DNA from: a virus
Lineage: Duplodnaviria > Heunggongvirae > Uroviricota > Caudoviricetes
Reading direction: 5' to 3' (one strand)
DNA length: 64,000 nucleotides
Virus record (IMG/VR): IMGVR_UViG_3300022746_000001
This document shows positions 17,830-27,307 of the stretch, one piece after another. The notes under the pieces are model-generated. The model made no database searches. It was not told the origin of the DNA and worked only from the letters and a program-made list of their open reading frames with translations. The translations under genes were made by a program, and so were the position numbers. Every line of letters begins with the position of its first letter. Positions within the stretch are counted from its first letter, which is position 1.

Positions 17830-18594
17830 TTAAGCTGCCAACTTTGCCTTCACAACTTGAAGGATGATGCTGTCTTCGTTAGCTGCCATGCGCCCCTTCT
17901 CGCGCTTGGTGATGTTCAAGAGTGGGAACAGCATGAACATTTGGTTAGCCTGAGACGCTGCGGTGCCTGGGCTGTAGGGCTTACCGAGCAAGTTGGTTTG
18001 CAGGTTGCCATTCTTGCCAGAGGTCAGTTCACCGTCCTTGAGCAACACTTCGAAGGAGCGCTTCATGACTTCATTCATTTCGCCGGCAGACTTGCCGCTA
18101 TTGAGCCAAGTCATGAGCATGATTGCTTTGTCCTTGACCTTGTCAGCGATAACGTCACGAGCGTTCATGTTGGCGATGAACTCGTCGGCCAACTTCTCTT
18201 GTTCTTCAGCAGACAGTTCCTCAGCGCGTTCGAGCGAGAACTGGAGCAGCGACTTGTTGCCACCGATCAGAGCAAGCAAGCGATCGCCTGGCTTGTGAGT
18301 GATTGATGTAACGCGAGGCTCCTTCGGTGCTTTCGGCTCCTTAGCCTTCTTTTCTTTCTTAGCCTTCACAGGTGCGACTTCAGTGTCGGCAGGTTCCGCT
18401 GCACTGGTCTCTGCCACAGCAGCTTCGAGTTCAGTGTCGGGGACTTCCACAATCTCAGCGTCTTGAGCGTGAAGGTCAGCCAGCAAGTCATCTACAAGGC
18501 TTGCTTCCAATGCTGCTGCATCGGCTGCGGAGGGTTGAGTTCCGACCATATCGAATTGAATGTCGGCGGGTTTGGTGGCTTTACGTTTGGTCAT
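17830..18594 (-). CDS. hypothetical protein with acidic N-terminus and KAKKEKKAKEPKAPKEP linker
   Basis: GAAGGAG RBS before ATG 18594. Confidence 0.55.
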   Translation of the reverse strand: MTKRKATKPADIQFDMVGTQPSAADAAALEASLVDDLLADLHAQDAEIVEVPDTELEAAVAETSAAEPADTEVAPVKAKKEKKAKEPKAPKEPRVTSITHKPGDRLLALIGGNKSLLQFSLERAEELSAEEQEKLADEFIANMNARDVIADKVKDKAIMLMTWLNSGKSAGEMNEVMKRSFEVLLKDGELTSGKNGNLQTNLLGKPYSPGTAASQANQMFMLFPLLNITKREKGRMAANEDSIILQVVKAKLAA

Positions 18595-19057
18595 AAGTGA
18601 CTCCTTCAAAAGTTGAATTAAGTGGAACGGCATCGCATTTGCGATAAACAGAATGTAATCAGCGAACATTGGGGTCACAAGCGTTTTGCTTGGGGACTTT
18701 TTACATTGCCTTCGTGATTGCTTTCCGTCTAATCGTTTACTGCAATGATTGAATTTTGAAGTGCCGATATAGGACAAACAAGCGAAAACGCAGGCTATCC
18801 ATTAGGGAACATGAGCCAGTTGGAACTGACTAAAACGCACACGCACACGCGCGCGAAATACACACGAGATATTGGAGAGTCAATGCGTTTCCCAGGCGAT
18901 ATGGCTGGAAATATTTTTCGCCCGAGGAGTCAATGGCGCACAGGAAAACCGCCTACATTGGCGGTTTCCTACGGTGATGCTCGGGTCAATGGAGAAATAG
19001 ACCCCAAATAACCATACCAGCCTGTCTGCCGTACCAAATGGGCGGCAAACTTGCCAA

Positions 19058-19504
19058 CTACCAAGCTCCGAAGTCGTCGGTCAAGCCTTCAATCTTCACG
19101 TCAGCAGGTTTGTTTGGATCAGGTGGTGGCGGTGGTGTGTAAATGTTGTCCACCTCAAAGAACTTGCCATCATCATCGCGATCACAGTCTGTCCAAGTGA
19201 GTAAGAAATCCTCATAGCAGTCGATGGCGTTTTGTTCGTGCGCGAACGTCTGTCCGCTCATGTTGGGGTCTACGCGCAATTGACCGTCGCTGCCATAGTT
19301 CCACACGTTGATGGAGAACAGCGGCCAAGTGTCGCGAAAGGATGATTTCTCAATGCTCGACAACTTGCCTAACCAAACGAGCCGAGCCTTTACGACGCCA
19401 TTGTCGAAGTTGCGAATCAGGCGGTAGTCCTCGTCTTCGCTTTTCAACTTCCACTCAGCGAGTGACATTGGACGACCTGTGCGGTCATAGTAAAAAGATG
19501 CCAT
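19058..19504 (-). CDS. hypothetical protein
   Basis: AGGAAGG RBS; ends DDFGAW. Confidence 0.55.
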   Translation of the reverse strand: MASFYYDRTGRPMSLAEWKLKSEDEDYRLIRNFDNGVVKARLVWLGKLSSIEKSSFRDTWPLFSINVWNYGSDGQLRVDPNMSGQTFAHEQNAIDCYEDFLLTWTDCDRDDDGKFFEVDNIYTPPPPPDPNKPADVKIEGLTDDFGAW

Positions 19505-19515
19505 ACATTTCCTTC

Positions 19516-20004
19516 CTAAACTTCAAGCTCCGGCATCCGGTATTCAAACCACGCCGGCACATCACGGTTAGTCCATTTACAAATCTCTGCCTTAGAACCA
19601 ATGTAGTAGCGACGATAGGCCAACACTGGGTCAATGTCGCGGTACTGATCTGGCATCGCCTGGGCAAATGGTGTCTGTCCAACGACAGGTATTCCTCGTG
19701 GCAGAGCATGTAGCTCGCCGAAGACGTAATACTCCGTCTTGTGTTTGCGGCCGTAGCGCGCCGTGTATTCGCAGCACATGGCCTTCGCATGTGCCAGAAG
19801 CCATGCGTAATTGTGCGCAGAGTTTCCAGCCCAGAGAGTGCATGGATGATGCTCATGGGTGGAGCGATACGTAGCGAGGCTGCCATATCGGTGATGAACG
19901 GTTGCCATGATCTGCGCAGACTCCACGATCATCTTGACGACATGGCGGTCGCAAAGCATTTCAGCGGCTGTCGCTGGATTGGAGTCAAGAACGAAGATGT
20001 TCAC
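19516..20004 (-). CDS. hypothetical His/Cys/Trp-rich protein
   Basis: GTG start overlapping upstream stop; no family recognised. Confidence 0.5.
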   Translation of the reverse strand: MNIFVLDSNPATAAEMLCDRHVVKMIVESAQIMATVHHRYGSLATYRSTHEHHPCTLWAGNSAHNYAWLLAHAKAMCCEYTARYGRKHKTEYYVFGELHALPRGIPVVGQTPFAQAMPDQYRDIDPVLAYRRYYIGSKAEICKWTNRDVPAWFEYRMPELEV

Positions 20005-20162
20005 AGGGAGACCTCCGAAAGCACCTCGTCGCCAAGCGTGAGTTGTACCGTATGGCGATCAACGTAAAGTGGCCCATCCATGCCGCCTGTGTACTCGCTT
20101 GTGGTCTTCACATCGAGGCGCAAGTTCTCGCGCAGGAAAGCAATCAGTTCTTCTTGGCTCAT
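20001..20162 (-). CDS. small hypothetical protein (53 aa)
   Basis: GGAG RBS 5 nt before ATG; ATGA and GTGA overlaps with neighbours. Confidence 0.35.
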   Translation of the reverse strand: MSQEELIAFLRENLRLDVKTTSEYTGGMDGPLYVDRHTVQLTLGDEVLSEVSL

Positions 20163-20524
20163 AACGACTCCACAATGTCGAAGCAGGAGTGGTAGATCAA
20201 GAAGCAGTTAATCTCGGGGTTGTCCACCTCGACGACATAGGTCTTCTCTGGAGCCGTCATGGATTGGGTGTCCACGAATGTAATTTTCATTCGTAGGCTT
20301 TTCATGTGCGCCAGACCGAGCGTCTTGCCAAAGCAAATTTCTAAGCCTTCGTCATTGAGGACAACAGTGTCTCCAACTTTAGGCACTGGATGTGACTTCA
20401 TTACTTCTTCCTTCAAATCGTTTGCGGCTGGCTGAATATCGCAGACATGAATCCACTGAAAGCCAGGCATGAAGCCGCGCTCGTCTAATGACAGAAGGCG
20501 CTTGCCGCAGGTGTTGCAATTCAC
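20159..20524 (-). CDS. hypothetical zinc-finger protein
   Basis: N-terminal CNTCG. Confidence 0.5.
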   Translation of the reverse strand: MNCNTCGKRLLSLDERGFMPGFQWIHVCDIQPAANDLKEEVMKSHPVPKVGDTVVLNDEGLEICFGKTLGLAHMKSLRMKITFVDTQSMTAPEKTYVVEVDNPEINCFLIYHSCFDIVESL

Positions 20525-20715
20525 TGCACAATCTCCGCGCTGCCCACCACGTTGCCGTTGGTGTCGCGTAATTGTGGAAAGCTGACATAGCCTTGAGCCA
20601 GCATCTTCACGACAGGCGTCAAGATGCGAGAGACTTCGGCTGCGGCGTCGGACTTGTCGCCAACAGCACCGAAAAAGGCGTCGTTGTCGCAGTCAATCTC
20701 CAGAATGAATTTCAT
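20521..20715 (-). CDS. hypothetical protein
   Basis: internal ATG (MKFILEID) with GGAG RBS. Confidence 0.4.
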   Translation of the reverse strand: MKFILEIDCDNDAFFGAVGDKSDAAAEVSRILTPVVKMLAQGYVSFPQLRDTNGNVVGSAEIVQ

Positions 20716-20912
20716 AGAAAAGCTCCATGTGTTTAGTTGCTGATGACTTAGTGTAGAAACCAGCAACAGGGGTAGCAATACATGCCTACGAAGTCTCCAA
20801 GCACAAAGCAATGCGCCATTAAAGTGACACTATGGTGCTTAGTGCATCTTTAATGGCGCATTACAAGCGCGTTCTAAGCGCTTGCCTGATGTGTCATTAC
20901 TGACTTATGCGG

Positions 20913-21281
20913 TCAAACGCGAGTGTTGGGGTCTTCTTCGCTTTTCTCTACAGGGAAAGGTTCGCCTGCAAAGATAGCTTTCATGTATGCCTGAATCTCT
21001 TCTTCGGTAGGCTCTTCCGCTTGCACATCAATCAAGCGAACACCGCAGGCTTTGCCAGTGATGCCAGCAAAGAAAGAGACCGCGAAGAACAGGACGACCT
21101 TCACGATAGCGTCCCAAAGCGGTCTCACAAACGTGTAAAACAGGATGAAAGGCAGATGAAAGATTGGCGAGAATACGCCGACCACGAGCGACTGCAAGTA
21201 GTTGGGGTTACGCTGAACGCGCAGATTGGCTGGTTCTGGCAACCAAGTGGGGGCGAATGTGTACTTGAATCGTTTAATCAT
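20913..21281 (-). CDS. membrane protein
   Basis: AAGGAG RBS; hydrophobic helices. Confidence 0.5.
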   Translation of the reverse strand: MIKRFKYTFAPTWLPEPANLRVQRNPNYLQSLVVGVFSPIFHLPFILFYTFVRPLWDAIVKVVLFFAVSFFAGITGKACGVRLIDVQAEEPTEEEIQAYMKAIFAGEPFPVEKSEEDPNTRV

Positions 21282-21284
21282 GGG

Positions 21285-21851
21285 TTACTCCTTTGTAGTG
21301 TGGTGATCGACAGTCGTGTGTCCACGACCATCCATGTAAGCTCTAACATCGTCCAATGAGTACGGTGTCAGGTTGTTCGTGTCGCAGCCCACGTCCATGA
21401 GCCGCATACCTTCGTAGGGATGTTTTAACGTGCCATGCGAGTGACCGTGAAGCATCCAAGAGCCGTAGTGCGCTTTGTTCCAAGTCAGCATCGGGTAGTG
21501 GCACATCACGATGCGGTCGTAACCTCCATCGCTGCGCTGCACCTTCAACTCCTTCAGGTCTTGAATAGAAGCGAAGTGTTGCGTCACCAGTGCCGACTGC
21601 CTGGCTTTGTCGTGGTTGCCCTTGATCCAGTGTTTGACGCCATTCAGACGCTTGAGGATGTTGTGGGTGTACTCGGCGTTCTTGAAAGACAGATCGCCCA
21701 AGTGAAAGATGGTGTCTTTCTTGCCTACTACCTCATTCCAACGCTCGACAATGGCTTCGTCAACTTCAGCGGCAGTCTCAAAGCCACGATTGACGTGCTT
21801 GATGATGCCTTCATGACCGAAGTGAGTGTCGGACGTAAAAAAGTAATTCAT
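21285..21851 (-). CDS. calcineurin-like metallophosphoesterase
   Basis: SDTHFGH, GDL, GNHD, GHSHG motifs; GGGGGAG RBS. Confidence 0.7.
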   Translation of the reverse strand: MNYFFTSDTHFGHEGIIKHVNRGFETAAEVDEAIVERWNEVVGKKDTIFHLGDLSFKNAEYTHNILKRLNGVKHWIKGNHDKARQSALVTQHFASIQDLKELKVQRSDGGYDRIVMCHYPMLTWNKAHYGSWMLHGHSHGTLKHPYEGMRLMDVGCDTNNLTPYSLDDVRAYMDGRGHTTVDHHTTKE

Positions 21852-22213
21852 TAGAAACTCCCCCAATTGCCTTCGTACTTTTGTCTCATTACTGCGCGAG
21901 TGAGCGGATAGCTCTCCACAACAACAGGTTCTCCACCGTCGTCCACGTCAACCTTGGCAACCTTCTCAAGTCGAAATGGAACGCAGCGAATGCCTGTATC
22001 AGTTCCAAACTCTTCCGCATCGAGGTGGTAGCGAAAGCCTAAGAAGTCGAACGTGAGGTGGTGATAGAAGCCATTGGTGCTATGACTGACGTAATCAACC
22101 GTGTTCCGCATTACCGCATCGGCAATCGTTTCGATGGCGGCGATGTGCAGACTATTGGCGCATTCGATTACGGACAGATCGTCCGGCCACTCAAGCGACT
22201 GGAGGCGAATCAT
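21851..22213 (-). CDS. hypothetical protein
   Basis: TAATG overlaps at both ends; ends GNWGSF. Confidence 0.45.
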   Translation of the reverse strand: MIRLQSLEWPDDLSVIECANSLHIAAIETIADAVMRNTVDYVSHSTNGFYHHLTFDFLGFRYHLDAEEFGTDTGIRCVPFRLEKVAKVDVDDGGEPVVVESYPLTRAVMRQKYEGNWGSF

Positions 22214-22473
22214 TAGTCCACTCTCTCGTCGTCGATGTAGATGGCGCAACTGCCAGCGCCAGCAATGCAGACCTTGTAGTCGTTCAATCCGAAGATGCCT
22301 GACACCATGAAAATGACGTGCAGAGCGCCGACTACAGCAAGAGCCTTAATCACAGCACTTGCGTACTTTGTACGGCCAATTTTCCTATCACCAGCGTTGT
22401 GATGATTCCCAGAATGGCGATGACAATCAGTAGCTCGATGAGGGTGAAACCCCGTTGTTTGGCTTTCATACAT
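22213..22473 (-). pseudogene. type IV pilin/pseudopilin-like gene interrupted by a frameshift
   Basis: AGGAG RBS + ATG (22469) gives prepilin N-terminus MKAKQRGFTLIELLIVIAILGII that stops after 38 codons; the long frame carries a pilin-like C-terminus with Cys pair CIAGAGSC but a nonsense-looking N-terminus. Confidence 0.45.
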
Positions 22474-22478
22474 GCTCC

Positions 22479-22835
22479 TTAGTCCGCTAAAGTTTCTGGC
22501 ACTTCAACTTCGACACCGAACGCCAAGAACACACGTTGAATCATCCAGCTTGCAATTAGCTTGGAACCATTTGAGAGCGTGTAGCCTATCGGGTTGAAAG
22601 GCTCGATTTGCATAGACTTGCAAAGCTGAAGCCAATTAGCTTCAACAATCGGCCCTGCGACAGACCAATCGTTTGCGTAGTCGGGGATGGGAAACGGTTG
22701 GTCGCCCATGAAAGCGTCTACCGTCTCAAGATAGTGGAGACCGTCTTCAGTGAGCGTTAAGCCCTCTGCTTTAGCCACAGCGTAGTTCAACGCTGCACCA
22801 GTCAGGCGTGAGGTCAATACCTTCTTCATTGTCAT
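22479..22835 (-). CDS. hypothetical protein
   Basis: AAAGGA RBS. Confidence 0.5.
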   Translation of the reverse strand: MTMKKVLTSRLTGAALNYAVAKAEGLTLTEDGLHYLETVDAFMGDQPFPIPDYANDWSVAGPIVEANWLQLCKSMQIEPFNPIGYTLSNGSKLIASWMIQRVFLAFGVEVEVPETLAD

Positions 22836-23374
22836 ACCAGTCCTTTCGGTTTATAAAAGCCACGAGCAACGCCTTTGAAGAAGCAGTTCATCATGACGGA
22901 AGTGTCGTAATCAGCCGAGTGAGCAGCGCCTTCGTCGTAGCTGACGCCAAGCGAGAAGCAAAGCTCACCGAGTTTGGGGAACTTGCCGTTAGGTGTAGCC
23001 CAACGAGCGTTCTCCATCGTGCAAAATATGTTCAGCTCAGGCAGCGTGAGACCAGCGTCCAGCAGCTCTGAAGCGATGAATGGGGCATCGAACCCTGCGT
23101 TATGAATCACAACGAGGTCAGACGACGCCAAAATGCGGTGTACGTCAGATGCTATGTCTGCGAACTTGGCGCACCCTGCAACGTCGGTATAGACGATGCC
23201 GTGAGCGTCAGAAGCGCCTGGGTCGATAGAGCGTTCAGGGTCAACCCGTTTGACGAACTCCTCGATGGGCTTTTTGGTATCACTGTCAAAGCTCAGGAGC
23301 GCAATCTCAATGATGCGGTGGCCTTTAGACAAGTCCAAGCCTGTGGTTTCAAGGTCAAGACCCGTAATTCGCAT
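22832..23374 (-). CDS. DnaQ-like 3'-5' exonuclease (DEDDh)
   Basis: GLDLETTGLD (exo I), HNAGFD (exo II), HSADYD (exo III); AAGGAGG RBS. Confidence 0.7.
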   Translation of the reverse strand: MRITGLDLETTGLDLSKGHRIIEIALLSFDSDTKKPIEEFVKRVDPERSIDPGASDAHGIVYTDVAGCAKFADIASDVHRILASSDLVVIHNAGFDAPFIASELLDAGLTLPELNIFCTMENARWATPNGKFPKLGELCFSLGVSYDEGAAHSADYDTSVMMNCFFKGVARGFYKPKGLV

Positions 23375-23570
23375 TGACTGCCTCCTTTTTAAATTCACGC
23401 AAGCGGTAGCCATCTTTAGGTTCGACGTGCCAGTAGTGAGCGCAACCGCCCTCTTCCACTGGCGCGGTCACGAAAAACGACTGACGGAACTCATTTGGTA
23501 TGGCGCGGTGGCGATAGCAGGTCTCTGCTTGCTCGCACCCTTTACCGTCGCACATGGATATATCTGGCAT
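23355..23570 (-). CDS. hypothetical Cys-containing protein
   Basis: AAAGGAG RBS. Confidence 0.45.
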   Translation of the reverse strand: MPDISMCDGKGCEQAETCYRHRAIPNEFRQSFFVTAPVEEGGCAHYWHVEPKDGYRLREFKKEAVNANYGS

Positions 23571-23663
23571 ATCTGCTCCTTTGAAAACTTACTCTTGCAG
23601 TTAGCCTGTATGTCACTACTGACTAACTGCAATGGTAAGCACTCAGCTCAGGACAAACAAGCG

Positions 23664-24446
23664 TTATCGCTGGATATTGAGCATCTTCCCTGACGATGAC
23701 CCATCGAGAATCACCGTACCGCCTCGTTCCGCGAACTTCATGAGGACTTGGTTGTACTCGTGCTGGAGAAAGCCAGGTGTCAGCGTCAGTGCCGTTTGTT
23801 GCGTAGCTTTAGCGTTGGCTTCAGCGACCGCCACGTTCAGCTTTGCAGCCTCAAGCTCTTTCTCTTTCGCCACGACGTTGCGAATGGATTGCTCGATGGT
23901 TTCGTCCGTCTTAACTTGGCGAACGACGACTCGGGTGACTTTGAATGCGCCAGGGTCTGATGCGTCCAGCTTCTTCTGAATCGCCGCCTGAGATAGACCA
24001 GCCAGCTTCTCGCGTTGGGTGTGGATGACCAAGCTATCCATTGTGGAGACAGCGTCCGCGATTTCACTCTCGGAGATGCTTTTGACCAAGATATACATGG
24101 GCCACCAGATGCCTTTGCCATTATTCAAGGACTGACCCGTGCGCTTGACCGACAGATCACGAATGGCGTTGGGGTCAACCGTGTAGTAGACCGTCATGTC
24201 CAACTCTGCCAAAGACAGGTTGTCGTGCGCTTTGGGCTTCAGGTTGTCCAGCGTGACTGGAATCTCTTTAGCCGAATACTCATCGACATGGCCGAACATG
24301 GCGGTGTAGAAGCCAGGCGACTCGATCTTCTTGTTGACCTCGCCATTGAAGTCGGTGCGAACACCGATATTGCCTGTCTCAATGCGGCCGCAAGCGGTCA
24401 ACATTGTGGCAAAGCAGATTACGAAAAGGGTAAATAGTCGTTTCAT
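23664..24446 (-). CDS. SPFH/band-7 (stomatin/prohibitin-like) lipoprotein
   Basis: signal peptide + lipobox LTAC; SPFH-like core; Ala/Glu-rich coiled coil AKEKELEAAKLNVAVAEANAKA. Confidence 0.55.
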   Translation of the reverse strand: MKRLFTLFVICFATMLTACGRIETGNIGVRTDFNGEVNKKIESPGFYTAMFGHVDEYSAKEIPVTLDNLKPKAHDNLSLAELDMTVYYTVDPNAIRDLSVKRTGQSLNNGKGIWWPMYILVKSISESEIADAVSTMDSLVIHTQREKLAGLSQAAIQKKLDASDPGAFKVTRVVVRQVKTDETIEQSIRNVVAKEKELEAAKLNVAVAEANAKATQQTALTLTPGFLQHEYNQVLMKFAERGGTVILDGSSSGKMLNIQR

Positions 24447-24455
24447 GGACTCTCC

Positions 24456-24656
24456 TTAAATTGCGTGTTCGACCGTGAACAGGAACGAGAAAGCCACCAC
24501 GGTCACGACAATGGCTACCAAGATCAGGAACATCCAATTGCCTACCTTACGAGCGACGGCGATCGCTTGCTTGGGGTTCTTCTTGGAGTACCAAATGAGG
24601 AACAACGAACCGAAGAAAATCGGCAAGATGAAAAAGAAGATGACTCGGAAGATCAT
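24456..24656 (-). CDS. small 2-TM membrane protein (NfeD-like partner of SPFH?)
   Basis: hydrophobic; immediately downstream of SPFH gene. Confidence 0.4.
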   Translation of the reverse strand: MIFRVIFFFILPIFFGSLFLIWYSKKNPKQAIAVARKVGNWMFLILVAIVVTVVAFSFLFTVEHAI

Positions 24657-25843
24657 TGGAACTCCGTTGTCTCGCCTTTGCGCAGCAAGTAAGCGTCCGA
24701 AACGCTCTTTGCAATCTTGCGGCCGTACTGAGGGTGTTGAGCCTCAGATGCCGACTTCACTACAACGCCTTCGCGAATCTGGCTGATATAGTTGCGCGTG
24801 ATGGTTGGCTGCACGAGTGTGTTGCCATTGGTGTGTTCGAGGACGACCTCTTTACTGTAGGGGCCGACAAAAAGAACAGGTACGATTGGCACATCCATCT
24901 CTGTAGCGGCCGCGCAGAACTCGTCCCAATGGAACCACTGCTCATTGCCTCGTGTGCCGCAGACAGCGTCAAACATCCGAAAGCCAAGCTGTTCGCGGTC
25001 ATAGGTCAGGTCTTGGACGCCAGCGCCACTGAGCGTCAGTCCATAGACTTCGCCCACCATGAAGTGCGGCTTGTTGACTTCGTTGGCGGCGTCACCGAAG
25101 TATTTCAGCGCCTTCTCAAACAGGTCATGCTTCTTGGCGCACTGGATGTAGAGGTTGGTTTCGTCAGTAAAGTCCAGAACGAAGCCTTGACGACCCATGC
25201 CTTTGCTGGAGATGGTCACACGCCCTTTGTAGTAGCGCTCATTCGCCATTGATTCAGGCACGACACCGATCTGCATGAGCGTTCCATGAATCTTCTCGGT
25301 GATGACAACTGTCTCGCCATCTTCGAACAGTTCAGGGCGCTTCTTCAGGTTCTCGAAGTCGTAGCCGAGCGTTGCTGCCAAATCGACACCAGCGATCTTG
25401 CCAGCCATGTGCGATGGGATGTGCGGCTCCCACTTTGTAATACCTAAAGCCTCAGAAGCATCTTCACCTTCGGCCAAAAGCGCCATGCCCTGATTGCCTT
25501 CATGCTCTTGCGCGACTACCATGATGGAAGTGTCGTTGTAGGGCGTGCCAGGAACCATCAAGCCTTGCGAGACGATGCCACGCAGCTTGATAGCCTTCAC
25601 ACGGTTGCCCACGCTGCCGGCGAGACCACCCTTGCCACGAGTCGAGTCCCACAGTCCCATTTCTTCGAGCAGCCACTGAGGTACGAGCGCTTGCTCAGGG
25701 ATGTAGACGCCAAGATCGCCGTCTTTGAACTGGCCCTTCTTGACGATTGATTGATAGTCGCCAACCCGAGCTATCTCGATGGCGTCTGCGTTCGGATGCG
25801 GTTCGATTTTGACGCGAACCACTTCACAGGCAAATGTACTCAT
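24653..25843 (-). CDS. putative ATP-dependent RNA ligase with N-terminal tRNA-binding OB domain
   Basis: N-terminal EPHPNADAIEIARVGD resembles CsaA/EMAP tRNA-binding fold; candidate nucleotidyltransferase lysine in VITEKIHGT. Confidence 0.5.
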   Translation of the reverse strand: MSTFACEVVRVKIEPHPNADAIEIARVGDYQSIVKKGQFKDGDLGVYIPEQALVPQWLLEEMGLWDSTRGKGGLAGSVGNRVKAIKLRGIVSQGLMVPGTPYNDTSIMVVAQEHEGNQGMALLAEGEDASEALGITKWEPHIPSHMAGKIAGVDLAATLGYDFENLKKRPELFEDGETVVITEKIHGTLMQIGVVPESMANERYYKGRVTISSKGMGRQGFVLDFTDETNLYIQCAKKHDLFEKALKYFGDAANEVNKPHFMVGEVYGLTLSGAGVQDLTYDREQLGFRMFDAVCGTRGNEQWFHWDEFCAAATEMDVPIVPVLFVGPYSKEVVLEHTNGNTLVQPTITRNYISQIREGVVVKSASEAQHPQYGRKIAKSVSDAYLLRKGETTEFQ

Positions 25844-25989
25844 TGCTTTTTACCTTCCAACTGTTGTTTCTTTTGCTCTAGCTCTTTCATGTGAGCGTCC
25901 AGCTCCTTCCACTTCTTCTCAGTGTGGAGCTGGTGAGCGCGACTGCCAGGCATCAGGGCGATGCCCTGATAGATGATTGCGCCTCTCAT
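25840..25989 (-). CDS. small Lys-rich coiled-coil protein (49 aa)
   Basis: ATGA overlaps with both neighbours; weak RBS. Confidence 0.3.
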   Translation of the reverse strand: MRGAIIYQGIALMPGSRAHQLHTEKKWKELDAHMKELEQKKQQLEGKKQ

Positions 25990-26273
25990 GCTGCTGCGGC
26001 GACAAGCGGCACTACAGATGCTGCAAACATCACCGACTGAGGGCGACCGCTTTCACCCTTGCGAGTGCCAGAACGGTGCATGAGCTTCTTCTTCTCCAGC
26101 GTCGTGTAGCGCGCCGTTACGGATGAATAAGCGAGTGTTGGGAAGTGCGAACGCACCTCGTCGGAAATGCAGCCTCGAACGCCGTAGCTTGCGATGACCT
26201 TCAGGACTTCCGTCTCTAAATGGTTCGTATCTACGGATTTCAGGGCAGCCATTGATGTTGCAACTGAGGGCAT
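25986..26273 (-). CDS. putative winged-helix DNA-binding protein
   Basis: wHTH-like segment LKVIASYGVRGCISDEVRSHF...YTTLEKKKLM. Confidence 0.45.
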   Translation of the reverse strand: MPSVATSMAALKSVDTNHLETEVLKVIASYGVRGCISDEVRSHFPTLAYSSVTARYTTLEKKKLMHRSGTRKGESGRPQSVMFAASVVPLVAAAA

Positions 26274-26302
26274 GGTTTTACCTTTCTGTCAGTGGTGACT
26301 TA

Positions 26303-27223
26303 TTAAATATGGCAATCAACGACTGTCAGGAGCGTGTCGTCAGAGAGACTGGCGATCATTTCGCCAACTTTCGCTGCCCACTCAATGTCAGTCATGTTGT
26401 CTGTGGACATTCCCCACCAGCCCATTTCGCCCTTCTCAAACCATTCACCGCCTTTCAGGACGGCAAAAGTATTGACGGCGGTAGTGTGAGCATCGTTCAT
26501 GAACTGCTCTCGGCTGACGAGGAATTTCGAGGGCGCAGTGAATGGGCCGAAGTGACGGCTGAAATCAATCACCGGAGGCTGGCTGTTGTAGACCTCGCGA
26601 GCCTTATCCCAGTCAGTTTGACCTTCGGCGTTCTTGCAGCTTTCACGAACCTCTTCCCAAGTGCGGAAGGCGCGATCTGCAAACAGTTCGTGAGCTTTGT
26701 CCCAGGCTTCACCAGCGCGGTCAGCAGCTTCTTGACGCATCCCATCAAAGTCGATTGCGCCCTTACGAGCCGAATCACAGACGCCAGCTTGAGCAGGTTT
26801 GCCGCGATCCATCCAGGGACGATCACCGTTCGTGCCGACTGCGCCTTCTTTGAGCTTCAAGAAGCCAGACCAGCGACCGCCGACTACATACCAGTCCCAT
26901 TTGCGGTTGGGGTTTGTGCGGTCGACCGCTTTGATGAGGACACCATCTTTAACAATGGCGTAACCGTATTTGTGGGGACATTCGTCGCCCACCTTCTCGA
27001 CCTTCGATTCATCGTCCACGATCTTGTCTTCAAGGCCGTAGTGGCCAAGAGCTTCTTCGATGGATTCGGGGTCTTCTTTGTCGTCAATGCGAGCCTGAAT
27101 CTCCTCAGTTACATCCTCATCCACGACATACTGGTCGTTGCTGCCAGTACATTCAAACTCATGAAATGGGGCGAGTTGTCCATCAACGTCATCCCCGATA
27201 ACCAAAACGGTAAAGTGGCTCAT
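26303..27223 (-). CDS. hypothetical Trp-rich protein
   Basis: ORF track; palindromic motifs upstream. Confidence 0.55.
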   Translation of the reverse strand: MSHFTVLVIGDDVDGQLAPFHEFECTGSNDQYVVDEDVTEEIQARIDDKEDPESIEEALGHYGLEDKIVDDESKVEKVGDECPHKYGYAIVKDGVLIKAVDRTNPNRKWDWYVVGGRWSGFLKLKEGAVGTNGDRPWMDRGKPAQAGVCDSARKGAIDFDGMRQEAADRAGEAWDKAHELFADRAFRTWEEVRESCKNAEGQTDWDKAREVYNSQPPVIDFSRHFGPFTAPSKFLVSREQFMNDAHTTAVNTFAVLKGGEWFEKGEMGWWGMSTDNMTDIEWAAKVGEMIASLSDDTLLTVVDCHI

Positions 27224-27307
27224 ATCTACTCCTTGTGTCAGTCATTAGCGACTGATTGAATTATTCAAAACGAACAGTGGGCTATCAACCGATAGCGCAG
27301 GGAACCG

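Noticed and set aside
17830-18777. Full 315-aa track ORF as the gene
   Set aside because: The first 61 codons run through the intergenic region containing a promoter-like element; a GAAGGAG RBS precedes the internal ATG at 18594, so the shorter gene was annotated. The same logic was applied to other track ORFs with N-terminal extensions.
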